Under the pieces are notes generated by a model. That model did not search any database and was not told the origin of the DNA. It saw nothing but the letters and a program-made list of their open reading frames with translations. From the human T2T-CHM13v2.0 reference genome, Homo sapiens: 64,000 nt of DNA. The DNA is taken from the NCBI RefSeq assembly GCF_009914755.1, contig NC_060928.1; one strand, 5' to 3'. Below, one piece after another: positions 29,421 to 45,247 of this stretch. The position numbers were made by a program, and so were the translations under genes. Numbering within the stretch: position 1 is the first letter of the stretch; every line of letters starts with the position of its first letter.

Positions 29421-30461
29421 ATACTCTGTGAAAACTGTGAGTATAATAACTTCAAAGAAGAAAAAGAGAAGGGATAGAAGGACAAAATTATGGTCTCTGC
29501 TCAAATACCTTCAGCCTCCACTCTCTGATACTTCAGGTCTACAGATCCGGCTGCTTTGTGATGTCTTCTGTGTGTCCTGTGGATACTGCAAACTCAGCAT
29601 GTCAAAACAAAACAAAAACTCAACTAGTCGTTTTCTACTAAGTTTGCTGCTCCTACCACTTTTCTCTCTCTCAGTGGTATTGTTACTCAGTTGTTCGAAC
29701 TAGAAATCTCAATCATTCTTGATTCTTCTTTATATCTTACTCTCCACAGAAAATTTGTTACCGAGTTCTATTTAATGCTTGAATCTATCCTGCTACCACT
29801 GTCTATGTCTATTGAGACCCTAAAAAAACTCTATCTTGTATTATTTCAGAAGCCTCCTAACTGGTCTTCAGCGCAAAAATTGTTTCCTTAGGTGACCTGT
29901 CCTCTGCACGGCTACCATATTTGTCTTTCTAAAGTACATATGGGATAACTTCATTTTAAAATATCTGTAATGACCTTCCATTTGCCACTGTGTATCTTCT
30001 TTAAGTATGATTTTTAGAAATTGACCTCCTTTTCCCCCTTAAAATAAAGCCTATATAAACCCCTTCAATATATAAAAAAATAAATAAATGCAGAACTTCT
30101 TGTATGGCATTGTCCTTAGAGGGTAGTTTGAAAATTGCTGGCCTACAGGATTTTAATTTAGGTTACTTGCTAGTAACTAGAAGGCCCTTCACAGTCTAGT
30201 TCTAGCTGACTTTCCCAAACTTACCTGTAGCCAGAATTCTCATCATCTTCCCTGTTCTAGTCACAGTGCATTGCTTGCTTCTCTCACACATGGCTGGCAC
30301 TTATAGGTCTATGTTTGTTCCTGTTTCTTCAGTAACGAGTGGTGTCTGCCCATCATTCATTGAGCACAGAATGACTCACCTGAAAGAGCATGCGATTTGG
30401 AGCGAGGCAGACCTGGATTAAGAGCTCATCTCTGCCTTAGTTTCCTCATCAGAAAAATCAA

Positions 30462-30826
<365 letters not shown>

Positions 30827-31019
30827 TAAAAAGAGAATTACATAAAGTACCGAGGCCATAGTAGAGCTTCAAAATGTCAGTTCCTTCCTTCTCCTTCTCA
30901 AACGTCACTTCTACTCTGTAATTTTTTGTGTGAGTACAAGAAAAAATAGTTTTCTCCAATCTGTGTTTTTATAGCATTTTATAATGCTTCTGTTATATAA
31001 GTTTTATTATTATATTTAT

Positions 31020-31160
31020 TTATGTTTTTGGTTGTCTCACCTGCTGGACTTTGAGCTCCTTGAAGGTAGGAGTCTTGACTTACTCACCTTTGATCCTTAG
31101 TGCCTAGCAAAAATAGACATGGAATAAATGCCTATTAAATTGAATTGCATTGAATTGAAT
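31020..31160 (+). mobile_element. L2 3' end
   Basis: gagctccttgaaggtagg..agtgcctagca..aaattgaattg. Confidence 0.65.
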
Positions 31161-32112
31161 AGAAATAAATTAAAGTAGAAAAATAAAGGTCAACCCATTT
31201 CCTTGGCTTTGACTTACCTTCCCCAAAAGAATGGAGAAGAGTTTGATGAATGTGTGAATGCTGTTTTGTAATAGAAAGAAGCAGTCTTCTGATTCTGAAT
31301 ATAAATAGCAACTGCTGGGCTGTGAAACAATCTGCAAAATTGCATTTATCCTGGAGTGTTTTGTTTTGGCATCAGTGGGATAGAATGTAGTTTCATAGTC
31401 CATGTTTATTGAACCATGTAAGGGATTTACAGGAGCATCTGTATGGAGGCCAAAGTTAAAGTGGGGCACTGTCCCAAAAAAGTGACATGTAAGACAAATT
31501 GATGTATTCAAGCATTCAGAGTTGACAACATAATCTGCTATTTTTATAGAGGACATTTTGGCAGTAGGTGTAGGGTGTTTATATATGTGACAAAACCAAG
31601 CTTAATATCCACTCCCCTCAATCCTCTTACAAATACCTCTTCTTTACATCTCTATTTCTTTTAATGACGTTAAAAGAAATACCAGTCTTTGTGTTATTCA
31701 AGTTTCCAAAGTTTGAAATCTTGAAATTCTCTTTTTCTTTTCTTGTGTCCACTTCAATTAATAGTTGCCTAAGCCCAATCAATTCTATAGCAGTTCTTAC
31801 ATTCTCTCTCTCCCCCAGCTCTCTTCACTGCACATACCTGGTTTATTACTCCTTTCTGGATTTCCATTTCTCCTTCTTCTTTGTTATCTCTTACCTGTCG
31901 AGGCTAGTTAATATGCTGCCTCTAGTTTATAGTTCTTAAAGAAAAGTAGCATATGTCTAGTCATAGATCTGTTCAGAATACTTAGTTTCCTCATTGCTGT
32001 CCAGAAATGTCTAAATGTCTCTAAGATCTATCTTTAATTTACCTTTCCAGCTTCATCTTTTGTTCCCTTCTTCTAATCCTTATACAGATTTGATGGTTTA
32101 ATCAAACAGGGT

Positions 32113-32601
32113 TGTGATGGTTAACTTTACATGTCAACTTGAGTGGGCAAAGGGATGCCCAGATAGTTGGTGAACATTATTTCTGGGTGTGTCTGTGAGG
32201 GTGTTTCCAAAAGAGGTTAGCACTTGAATCAGTAGACTGAGTAAAGAAGATCTGCCCTCACCAATATCGGCGGGCATCCTCCAATCTGGTGAGGACCTGA
32301 ATAGAACAAAAAGGTGAAGGAAGGGTGAATTCTCTTCTTGAGCTGGGACATCTATCTTCTCCTATCCTTGGGCATCAGAGCTCCTGGTTCTTGGGCCTTT
32401 GGATTTCAAGATTTATACCACTGGATCCCTTACCCCCACTTTCATTCTCAGGTCTTCAGCCTCAAACTGAGAGTTACACTATCAACTTCCCTGTTTCTCA
32501 GGCCTTTGAACTTGGACTGAAGGGCATCAATTTGCAGATGGCATAATGGTGGGACTTCTCGAACTCTATAATCATGTGAACCAGTTTCCATAAGAAATTT
32601 C

Positions 32602-32654
<53 letters not shown>

Positions 32655-32772
32655 ATTTGTTCATCCATCCATCCATTCATCTGTCCATCCATCCATCCAT
32701 CCATCCATCCACCCATTCATCTCTCTGTCCATTATATTTGTTCTGTTTCTCTGGAGAACCTTGACAAGTACA
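32113..32772 (+). mobile_element. MLT2 (ERVL) LTR containing a (TCTA)n/(CCAT)n microsatellite (32601-32720)
   Basis: tgtgatggttaacttta..tgtcaacttga; ends tctctggagaacc..taca; gggt on both flanks. Confidence 0.88.
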
Positions 32773-32853
32773 GGGTTTAAGAGTTGTTGTTCGTTTCTTT
32801 TTTTTTTTTTTTTTCATAGTGCCTCCAGTTTTTTTTAACATTTCCTGTGCTAG

Positions 32854-33167
<314 letters not shown>

Positions 33168-33945
33168 TCCTGTGCTAATCTTTTTGCTTGGGATGCACGA
33201 GAATGCTTTAGTGACTCTTCTTTGATCATTTATCTCTCCGCCATCTTTTGCCCATTTCTTTACATTCACCCTTAAAAAATTTAGTTTCAACTCTGATGTA
33301 TATGTTGATACTTCTGAAATCAGCAACACCATGTATGATTTCGTTACTTGAAGGACATTACTAAGGTTTTATGGGACCAATAAATAGCACTCGTCCTCTA
33401 TACCTGAGGTCGGAACCAGTAGAGGGATACACTAGAAGTAAGACAGATGAAGACCAAAATGCTGTCTTCATTAATAATAGAGCTGAAACCAGAAAACGTG
33501 GCTTATAGTTGTGGAAACTGGACTTCCTAATACTGAATCTCAAATTATATAGGCCACTTTGAGACTTAAGGAAGGTGGGGTAGAAGAGAATGCACCCCTT
33601 GTTAATAATTGCCATCCAAAGATAACGAGGAGAGGAAATCTCAGTGCTTTCCGTGTCCAGCTTTTGCTCCCAAGTTCCCCAGTCAACCTCACGTGGGGAG
33701 GGGTGAGCGAGGAGGTGGAGTGAGACCAAGGTAGTGACACTTCTGGACATCCCTCCACATGGAGGAAACTTTGGGAGTGAGAAGAGCATTTCTCCCATAC
33801 CTTCTGTGGCTATCTTCCCAAATATCCCACCATCACCTCAAGTCCACTCTCATCACATTCTCCTCAAAGCTACTTTCTTCTCCACTTGCTAGGTTTCGCT
33901 AGAACTTTGTGTCAGTTTTGATTCACCTTCCCTCATGTGCCATAG

Positions 33946-34272
<327 letters not shown>

Positions 34273-35156
34273 ACAATTACTTTTCTTTAAAATACTTCTT
34301 TTACTTGTCCCTTCTTCAACAGTGCTGTCACAAACCTATGATGAAGCCTAAGCACCCTAAATAGGTTTGTCAAATCTGTCAGTGTTTTCCTTTGCTTCTA
34401 GTTTGCTTTCTGAAGAAGGTTGTTCATAAATCTGTTGTATCTTAGACTAGATAGAAACTGGAATTTAAGTCTTCCTCTATTGCTCTAATACGTATTATCC
34501 TTTTTACAACATTCTCCAACATGTAACAGAACTTTAGAAAAGATGATGGTTTTGGAACACACCATGCTCATTCCTATATGCACCTTTGCCCAGTGGACCT
34601 TTTTGCCTGAAAAGCAAACCCTTGACTCTTCATATTCTTCATCTTCTAACTCAATTTCCACCCAGATGGCTCTCTGTGTACTCTAGATCACACCTCTGAG
34701 ATTGTACTTAAAAGTCAGTATTTAAAATTAGGAACTTGGTTGTTATCAAATTGCTTATGTTTCTTTTAAAAAATCTCTTTCCAACTTATTTTGAAGGAAT
34801 TCTTATACATTTTATGTCTGTCCACCCTTTCCCAACATTTCTAGTATAGGCTAAACACATAGGAAATAATTAGTAAATTGTATGACTTGATCAATAGAGA
34901 ATCTTAGGATAGTATGAATTATTTAATATGTTTGAAGTTAAATATCTAGGGGAAGATACGAGTCTTAAAAAACAACAAACATTTCTTCTATGTTTCCTAA
35001 TTTAGAATTTTCTTAAATGAACAGATGTTTACACATATCCTATTTAAAATTCTTCTGATGCATTCCTTGTTGGATAATAATACCCTTTTCTTCGGTGAAT
35101 CCCAAGTGAGAGTATTGGAATGGAATACTGACAGGAAAAAAATGTTCTCAAGATAA

Positions 35157-35853
<697 letters not shown>

Positions 35854-36247
35854 AAAATGCTCTTGATTTATAATGACTCCTATTTGTCTCTGATATGTAT
35901 AAAAGGAAGTTTCCTTAAAGAAATTCTTTTAAAAAAAGATCTTGTCTTACCTATATCCACAGAATTGTTTCCTTTAAGTAGATACAGAACAACTTGAGAA
36001 AGGTTCATTTCCTAAGCTTTATTGTTCTTAAATTTCAGTTATTAAAAAATTAGCTAAGTATTATAAATTAGCTAACCAGTTGAGTCTTCCATTTTTACAA
36101 ATATTTTGGACAGTTAAGAATGGGGGAAATCTAGGAGAAATTGGAAATGTTTCTTAATTCACAAGGTTTGAGAATTGTGGAGAGGATGCCGTTTCTAGGA
36201 ATGGCCACAAGATGGTGTAGAAATAAATGCATTAAACATACATAAGT

Positions 36248-37110
36248 GTCATTCATTCAATCAATAAACAAACGTTTAATAATCTCCAACTACATGCTAG
36301 GAATAATGTTAGGCATAAGAGTTATTGAAATGATTTATTTATAGTTCCTGTCCTCAGGAAGCCTAGATTCTAGTATAGGGAGATGTACCTGTAAGAAAAT
36401 AAGGACAATAGTGCGTTACAGGGACTATAATAGAACTATAGATGAGGAGGAATGGGGACCCAAGGGAAGAAGTGGGCACTTCTATAGAGAAGGGGTGAGG
36501 AGTGTGGATTTGTAAAGAAAGCACAGAGGAAATGATTCCTAAACAGAATCTTATAAACTTGGTAGGTGGTTACTAGGAAGGACATTGTGTAGATTATAGG
36601 ATTGAAGGTTGTGTGGCTTGGAAATACAGGATGGATCTTTCGGAGGAAAATATGTGAGTGAAAGACCAAAAATTGACGAAACAATCTGGCATGTTTAAGG
36701 AACTTTAAGTGGTTTAATTTGATTAAGGTGCATGGTAGAGGAGGACACTGAAGATAATGCAGGCCAGATAATGAAAGCCTGACATGCTGTGGTGATATGA
36801 TAGCCTTGTTTTAGGGATATCACTTTGATAGTAGTATGGATGGTGGCAGGGAGGCAGGGACATGAGCTGGGAGACTATTGTAGCCTCCAGGTGAGAGATG
36901 AGGGCTGGTACTGTGAGAATGAGAGGAGGTTAAATCCACATGACTTAGTGACTAAATGGCTGTCTGAATGAGGAAGAGGTAGTATGCTAAGAAGGCATTA
37001 AGGGTTCTAGCTTAAGGGAGTGTGATAGATGATTGACCAACATTGGAACTGCAGGAGGAAGATTGGCTTTAGGAGGAAAACATTATAATGAGTTCATAGT
37101 GGATATGTAG
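36248..37110 (-). mobile_element. L2 fragment
   Basis: tcattcattcaa..atgctaggaa; ctattgtagcctccaggtgagagatgagggc. Confidence 0.55.
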
Positions 37111-37929
37111 TTTCAGGGTTTGGCTGAGGACTGGTAGTCCAGAGGTGGGAGCTGGGGTGAAGAAAGGGAATGGGAGAAACACTGTTCCAGAGAGAGAGCT
37201 CAGTGTGGGAGGAATGGAGTAGAATGGGAGGGAGGGTGGTATGATTTAATTTGGGTTATTTAAATCTTTGTATTTTTTTCTTTTGACTGGGTGTTACAGA
37301 ATTAAGTTGAGGACATATATAGTCAGACCACAAAACAGTTTAGTTTATTATTTCTAAACATTAAGCTCCAATGACACAATGCAATATTAGCATCCTAATA
37401 TTCTTTCTCTCGATGTAGACCTTGGAAAGAGAAATTGCACTGTTAATAGGAGTATTTTTTGTTGTTTTTGTGACAATTAAATGCTTGGAGCTAGGGCTAT
37501 GTATTTACAGAAGGACTCACCTCTGGCCTTGTGCAGTTTATGATTCCTGGTGGGTGGCACTGCCTGCTGGGATCACCTCGACAGCAGCACTGCTGGCCCA
37601 GAGCTGTGTTCTTCTGTAATCTCTCACTGTCCACCAGTCTGCTCATACTGAAGTGTTGCCAACACTTCTGCTCTATTGTCTTTGTTCGTTGTCCACATCT
37701 GCTGAAACAACTTTCAGTTATGCTAAATTGCCTGCCTGGGCAGCCTAATCTATAGCTATTGATTATGGTAGTACACTGACAACAGGTTGCATAGGTTTTT
37801 GAGAGGTAAATTTATTTCTCTTCCCTGCACCTCCTCAATTGGCCCTATATTTTTAGAGCACAATTTTGTAGAATACAGTCTTTTTCCCCCTGAATGTATA
37901 TATCAAGTTATAGCAGAAATACCTGTAAT

Positions 37930-38130
37930 GATAGTAACTAATACGTATCTAGTATTTACTATATGCCAGGTATTGTCCTAAGTTCATTACATGTATTAAC
38001 AATGCTATGACTTAAGTACTATTCTAGGTGACAAAAGTAGAGGTGCAGGAAGGTTAAGTGACTTATCCAAGGTCTCACATCTGGAGAGTGACAGAGCCAG
38101 TGTTCAGAATCAGGCAGGCTCACTCCAGAG
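37930..38130 (-). mobile_element. MIR
   Basis: ggttaagtgacttatccaaggtctcaca..agtgacagagccag. Confidence 0.75.
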
Positions 38131-38562
38131 TCCATGTCTGGATATGGCTTGATGTGATGGGGCAGCGTTACCTGGAATGTCCTCCCCTTTGGATTTGGGC
38201 TGCCCACCTTTGGTCTTTATGTTCCTGCTGTCATTTTAATGGTCTTAGGAGAAACATGAGAAGAGTGTCATATAATTCCATTTCTGGGACTTAATTTATG
38301 TTTCATGAGCAGTGGTGAGTGAAGTTTAGATGTGGGTGCCCGCCCAGGAGGTGAGTGAATTCATGATCTCTGGACTTCTGTTTGGCTTGCTCATTTCTAT
38401 TTGGACTCCACATAGAAATAGATTATTAAATCTTAGGACTTTACATTTTTGGACTGTCATTTAGATGTTTGATTTTCTTTTGACTATGTCTAGTATTCTA
38501 AGTGAAATTACATCCTTAGACAACTTGTTTTTGTTAAGCTAAATAGTCCTGAGGATACTTTT

Positions 38563-38655
38563 TAAGCGTGAAAGTACAGCAATTTATTGCAAAGCAAAAG
38601 TACACGCTTGAGGAAGGGGAATGCAGGCACATTCAGGAGAGGGAGTCGCACCTCA
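38563..38655 (-). mobile_element. Short LTR-end-like retrocopy with poly(A) signal and L1-type TSD
   Basis: Minus strand gtgtacttttgctttgcAATAAAttgctgtactttcac; flanks ag(g/a)atactttt at 38552-38562 and 38656-38666. Confidence 0.55.
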
Positions 38656-38768
38656 AGAATACTTTTAATAAAATAAATTTTATTTAAACAATAGTTCCCA
38701 ATGTCTTACAACTCTTTGCAGGTAAGCTGTACTTCTTCCTAATTTATCTGTGCCCTGAATGCTTCTTA

Positions 38769-39103
<335 letters not shown>

Positions 39104-39104
39104 C

Positions 39105-39550
39105 TATTACTCAGATACTTGCTAGAATGGTAAGGAAAGACTTTATTCAGGAGTTGGACTAGCTGTCACAACTGTTGTAATAGGGGAGAGAAATTGGGGT
39201 CAACTCTTAATATAGCAAAGCCAGTTGAAGACGTATAGCCAATGAGCAGAATTAGGGGGTCAGGGTTGGAAAATTACTGAGGAGACATCAAGGGTCAGGG
39301 GGTTGTTGCCAAAACAACTTAACAGGAACTTTGCAGAAGGCAGGGCAAGGTAATCAAATATCAAGGATGGAGAGTGAAGAATTTGATCAGATATCAAGAG
39401 TGGGGGATTCTTTCTAAACTGACTTAGCAAGATTTTTGCTAAAACTGGGCTATGCAGGTCTGGCAAAGATGGAGTCAAAGATGAGGCTTAGTTGAGAAGA
39501 GAGTTCAGGAGAGCCTGATTAAAGTTTGATCAAGAAGAGAGTCTTTTTCA
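39105..39550 (-). mobile_element. MER31-like ERV1 LTR
   Basis: Minus strand starts tgaaaaagactctcttcttgatcaaactttaatcaggctc, like the MER31 5' end. Confidence 0.75.
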
Positions 39551-40124
39551 GTAGGAGGAGAAAAAAAAGTTTTTAAAAGAAACTTTTAAAGACAATTAAC
39601 AATAGCCATGTGGATGAAATTCAGTTCTCTAAGAAGGCTGAAATGGAGAAAACTATTCTAAGACTTGTTGAGCATTCACTATTTTAAAAGTTAGGCAATA
39701 TCAAGTCATCAGTTTATGTAAGGTTGTTTACCTTCAGAGTCACCATAAACATATTATGCCAAATGTATTCTCTCTTTTAATGGCCCTAGCACCAAGGACA
39801 GGTGTTCATGAAGATTTCACAGGCATATTGAAAAACTACTGGGAAATACTCATCTAGTATTTTCTTGTATATCATGTTTAAATTTACAAGAGCATACTTG
39901 CCCAGAATTCCGCATCATGGATATTCCAAGCCTTTCACACATTCTACAAGGCTCTAGTCAGGGTTTAAAAAGAAATAACATGTTACTATGCTGCAGTGAT
40001 TCACCTCCTGCTGATGAGTCACCTCCTACTGATTAGAAACAGAGTAAGAGAATGTTACCAATCTGAGTTGGTTGGACTTGAAGTATCATAAAATATGCAG
40101 GGGTGGGTCTGGATACTAAGGGAT

Positions 40125-40295
40125 CCAGTGCTCCTGAAGTTTTAATGTGCATAGTAATCAAATCATTCAGGATCTTCTTAACATGCAGGTTCTGATTCAG
40201 TGGGACTGAAGTAGGACCTCAGATTTTGTATTTCTAATGAGCTCCTGAGTGATGCTAATTTTGCTGGTCCTAGGACCATACTTTGAGTAGCAAGG
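40125..40295. mobile_element. MER5 (hAT-Charlie)
   Basis: atgcaggttctgattcagtggg..tttctaatgagctcc..gaccatactttgagtagcaagg. Confidence 0.8.
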
Positions 40296-40659
40296 ACTTA
40301 ACTCAATAGGAAGTAGAACTAAGTGCTCTTTTGAGCTCTTTATTTACTTTTCTCCACTAAAAGTAAGATTGAATAGTTCCTAGTTTCAAAACATATATAT
40401 ATGTTCTTGTCACATTGTAAAGAAAGCCAAAATTTTAAATTTATTACTTCCATACCATGGAAATGACTGTTGTTTCATGGAAATTTAGTGCATTAGTTAA
40501 AGGTGTCACTGATTCATCAGTTCTAGTATCCTTTGTAAAGAGGAAGTTTTTTTTTGAGTATAAACTCCTAGTAAGTGACAATATTACTGACAATAACATA
40601 ATTGATTATAATATTACTGACAATATTTTTAGTCACAAAAATAAGGTTAGTAAAAAATA

Positions 40660-40860
40660 GAACTATTATATCTTGAGCACAGACTATGTGCTAGGCATTC
40701 TTCAAGGTGCTTTTTATACGTTACCTTTATAAGCCCTTATATCAACCTTGCAAGGTAGATATTATTAAATACTTTTTGATTGATGAGTGAGAAAACCATA
40801 GTTCAGAGAGTTAAGGTATCTGTAGTGAGAGAAGAGAAATTTGAACTTGGGTTTCCAAAG
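40660..40860 (-). mobile_element. MIR
   Basis: ttgagcac..ctatgtgctaggca..aggtagatattatt. Confidence 0.6.
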
Positions 40861-42549
40861 TTGTGTCTAATCTATTAGAACCAATTTGGTTGTTGCAATG
40901 CAAATAATATCAAAGTCCTTTATTTTCCCAGGAGGATTCTGTTCTTCGCATTCTTAGTTCATGCATTGACTGAAACAAAGGGAAAGTTAGGACTTGGCAA
41001 AATGATTCTGTCTAGGACTATTGCTGTCACATCTTTGAGGACAAAGATCAGTCAGAGACTATTTAACTATCTTATTTTCTACCTGGAAAGTTTCCCTTTT
41101 CTTGACTTTCTCTTCACATTGTAGGTAGGTAATCCTTTTTTCTTTTTTCCCCTTTTGCCCAGGCTATTTGACCATTCAACAACTGTTGGATTTGTTTGAA
41201 AAATATTCTTAGTAGCTTTTATTGGTTAATGTCCTGGGGACATGGGTCTCCTCCCGTAAAACCTTTGTGAAACAAGTCTCAATGAAACAATGAAAGCAAG
41301 GTTTCAGACCAAGTTCTTCTGTACCTACAAACATTTATTAGCAAGAAATTCAGAAGGATGATAGAACTTGTTTGTGGGGTTACCTCAATCTTTATCCTTT
41401 GGCACTCTGCACTCTTCCTAGAACTTTCCATGAAAACCTCGCTCGGAGGCAGACACAAGAAAAGGTTACATCAAAAGGAGATTAAACTGCCCTTAGGGTG
41501 TAGATTAAAACCAGTGTATATAACCAACCACAGCATCCCCCCTAATGATGCTGAGGTCTTTGGGAGTAAATGATGAATAATATGTCTAGCACAGGTTTAA
41601 ACGGTCACTTGGCCCTTCCTGGGCAAAGCAAAAGAGAGAACTTAGCCTTTTCCTTAGTTGCACTTTCTCAATTAATTGTATTTTACATAAGATAATTATG
41701 ATTGTTGCAATATTTACATTAGAATACTATGTCTTTTAAATTCCTGCTATTCTTACGTGGTTCCAAAACCTCCTTCTGGATTTGGGAAGAGTGAGAGGAG
41801 CTGAGCCCAGTTAGGTGTATGTTTTACTGATCTACCTGGTCTCTGCTGCTGCCTCCTGTGTCCAGGAAGGCTCCAGCCCTCAGGGAGGAGAGCTGTCCTG
41901 TATCTAAGCTTTTACCCCTCCATTATCTCTTTATTTGTTGCCAGCTTATATGGCTAGAAGCCAGATAATTTAGTTCTGCTTCCTGAATTCTCTTTAATAA
42001 AGCTTCTGTTCAGGAGCAAGTCTGTGTGCAGCAGGCATGGGGGCACCTGCCTTGTCACTTAGCTGTGACCAGCTTACCCAAGCCACAGCTTCTGTCTAGG
42101 GCCCCCTCTCATGTGGCTGATTGCAGGTTAGATTGTTAAAGAGGGTTAGCACATAGAGATTTGTTTCCTGAATTGATAACCTTTATTACCTGGAAAACGA
42201 TAATAGAAAGATGATGTTTGAGTTGTTTACTAAACTTGTCTTGGTTTCCATGATGTTTGTTGGCTTTCTAACTCATGTGAACACACTAGCTGATCACTGC
42301 TCTGCCAGCAATACAGTGACCATTCTCTACTAAATAAGGGGTGTTGTTGCGTCAATTGGATGGTATGTACCAGCAAATCTGATAGCTCTAGTGAAAGGAG
42401 GATTCATACCATTGTGTCATTATTAGAGTGTTCTGTAACTGAGAATAAAACATTTATTTGATTAAGTGCCATTTACTGTGCTTCCTTTTCTAGTCAGTTT
42501 CTCATCCACACAGTCTTTGGAGCCAGATTTACCATTTAATGGGACCTAA

Positions 42550-42957
<408 letters not shown>

Positions 42958-43849
42958 TAATATTTTTGGGTCTAAACTTGTATCACCGTCTTATTTTACA
43001 AAATAAAGAAATATTTGCAAAATTGGAGGCTTGCTTAGTTAGTGGGTTTAATGAGTACCAGTGGAATATATTAAAAGTTAACATTTTAAAGTGGAAAGAT
43101 TTTAATATTACTTTTTTTTTTGGTTGTAAGTCTTGCTTTTCAGGGTTGGGTGACTGGGGCTATTGTAATTTGGGGCCCTTAGCCATAGGAGCTGCCAAAG
43201 GGTACAAAAGAATTGCTTCACTGTTAATTTTGCTGGACTTTTCTAAGGGTAAACAAACTTCCTTTGACATGTACAAGTTTCCAAAGCTGTGCTTTCCTCA
43301 GGGAAGGTAGTTAAAGCTAAAAGAAGCAAAGCTTTTAGATTTAATTCAGTGGGTGAACATGAAAGCCATGCATAAATCTTAGAAGAACTATGCTTTGCTG
43401 AGAGGCAAAGAATTGTCTCTACACTCTGATGCGGGGATATGCAGGAGGAGCCCAGGAGGTCCCTGTGAGGGTGCAAACCAATTAAGTAAGTCTTGAACCG
43501 AAATTGCTTTTTATCATCTGGGTGAGAAGCCACAGATTTAAAGAAAAGGGCTATTGTTTTACAAAGACCTAATTAGCTGGGCTACACTCAAGCTCTTGGG
43601 TTTTTATCTTATTAGAGAAAGGAAAGGTTGAAATTGCTTATGGGCTACTTCCTGGGTTGGAATTCCTAGGAATTTAGGATTTCTGAATCCTTTTCTAAGG
43701 AATACAGAATTCTTCCTGAAGCCATGTGTATCGGACTAACTATATTTTCCGTTGAGACTCAAACTAAAAATGCAATTGCTCTGATCTACTAGAAGTTTGT
43801 CCTAAATATCTTCCTTACTACAGGCGTGCTAGTATAAGTATGCTTTAGC

Positions 43850-44183
43850 CTTCTTGAGTACACAGACTTTGGAGTAAATAACATGTGGGTTTAAAACTCA
43901 GCTGTGTAAAATCTCAGCTGTACACCAAGTGGCTCTTTGCTTTGAAGCAAGTTACTTGAGCTTATATATAAAATAGGGTATCTACAGGAGTATTGAGAGT
44001 ATTAAATAAAATTTAGTGACATAGTTAGTGTCTCAAGGGACCTGAAAGGGCTTCTAACTCTTACATGGTGTAATGTTTTAAAATGTGGCACTTTCAGTGT
44101 GACAATGTTTTATAATAAATATGAATTGCACTAATTCTTCTTTGTTGAAAACAAACAGGCAAGCAACAAAAATGTGGCTACAT

Positions 44184-44223
<40 letters not shown>

Positions 44224-44530
44224 TCTCACAGTTTATGCGAGAGTCACAGTTATGTGGGAAAACTTAACTAAGAAGACTTTTCCTTATTCTTTAGGAGCAT
44301 CAAAAAATGGCACCGAGTCCAAACCTTGGCTCATGGATTGAAATCTATAATGTGCCATACTGACTGAGTGCCTGGGGCAAGTTCTTCAACTTCTCTGCCT
44401 CAGTTTCCTCTTCTACAAATTGTGAAGATAGTAGTACCTCTAGGGTGGTTGTGAAAATGAAAGGGAAATAAAGGATGTTAAAGAAAGTATCCAGCATGTA
44501 CTGAGAGCCCAGTAAAAGTTAGTGATCACC
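43850..44530 (+). mobile_element. Two MIR fragments flanking a (GA)n tract (about 44184-44220)
   Basis: agactttggagt..caagttacttgag; ggcaagttcttcaacttctctgcctcagtttcctc. Confidence 0.65.
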
Positions 44531-45129
44531 ATTACCTCCACTACTGTATTAAATTGCTGAGCATTCAATTTTAAAAATAGGAAGGAAGAGCTTTAGTGCA
44601 GTAGTGTTTGACAGATTTAGGATACAATATCTTTCCTTAAAGTAAATTTATTTCATTATTTTTTAGCATCTAATTATTGCCCTTTGATTTGATAAAGAGA
44701 TATAGATGGTTTGTCCCACGAGAACAGTTCTAAGCTACACTTTTTGACATGTTAATCTTCTGTGTGAAGGCTGGACTTCATTATTTCTAGAGTGTTCCTG
44801 AACAAGGCAGATCAGAGCTTTAATTTTTGGAATGTTAACAAGGGCAGCTGTATACCAGAGTTCTAGTTGTTTTTATGAGATTTTTAAAGAAGCACAGAAA
44901 GGAAACTAGTGAAAAAAAAGTTTATAGACTCTGGTTTGAATCCAAATCCTTTCAGAAGTGTTCTCTTCATATTAGATGGCAATAAAATTAGTCATTTAAA
45001 TACTCAAATGTGTGCTTTTATAATTTATAATTGTATTCTTAGATTTTTTTTGCAATTATTTCGTATCTTTGATTTGGAAAACATTTTTAAGGCATGAGAT
45101 AAATGTTTTTTGTATAAATGAAAAAAATT

Positions 45130-45247
45130 AAGCTGGGTGTGCATGCACCTGTATTCTCGGCTACTTGAGAGGATGAGGCGAGATGGAGTGCAGGAGTTTG
45201 AGTCCAGCCTGGGTAACATAGCAAGACTCTCTCTCTTAAAAAAAAAA
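45130..45247 (+). mobile_element. FLAM-type Alu monomer
   Basis: aggagtttgagtccagcctgggtaacatagcaagac plus A-tail. Confidence 0.8.

Noticed and set aside
33361-33798. 145-aa minus-strand ORF in apparently non-Alu sequence
   Set aside because: No recognisable domain or splice context; may be an old repeat I cannot name
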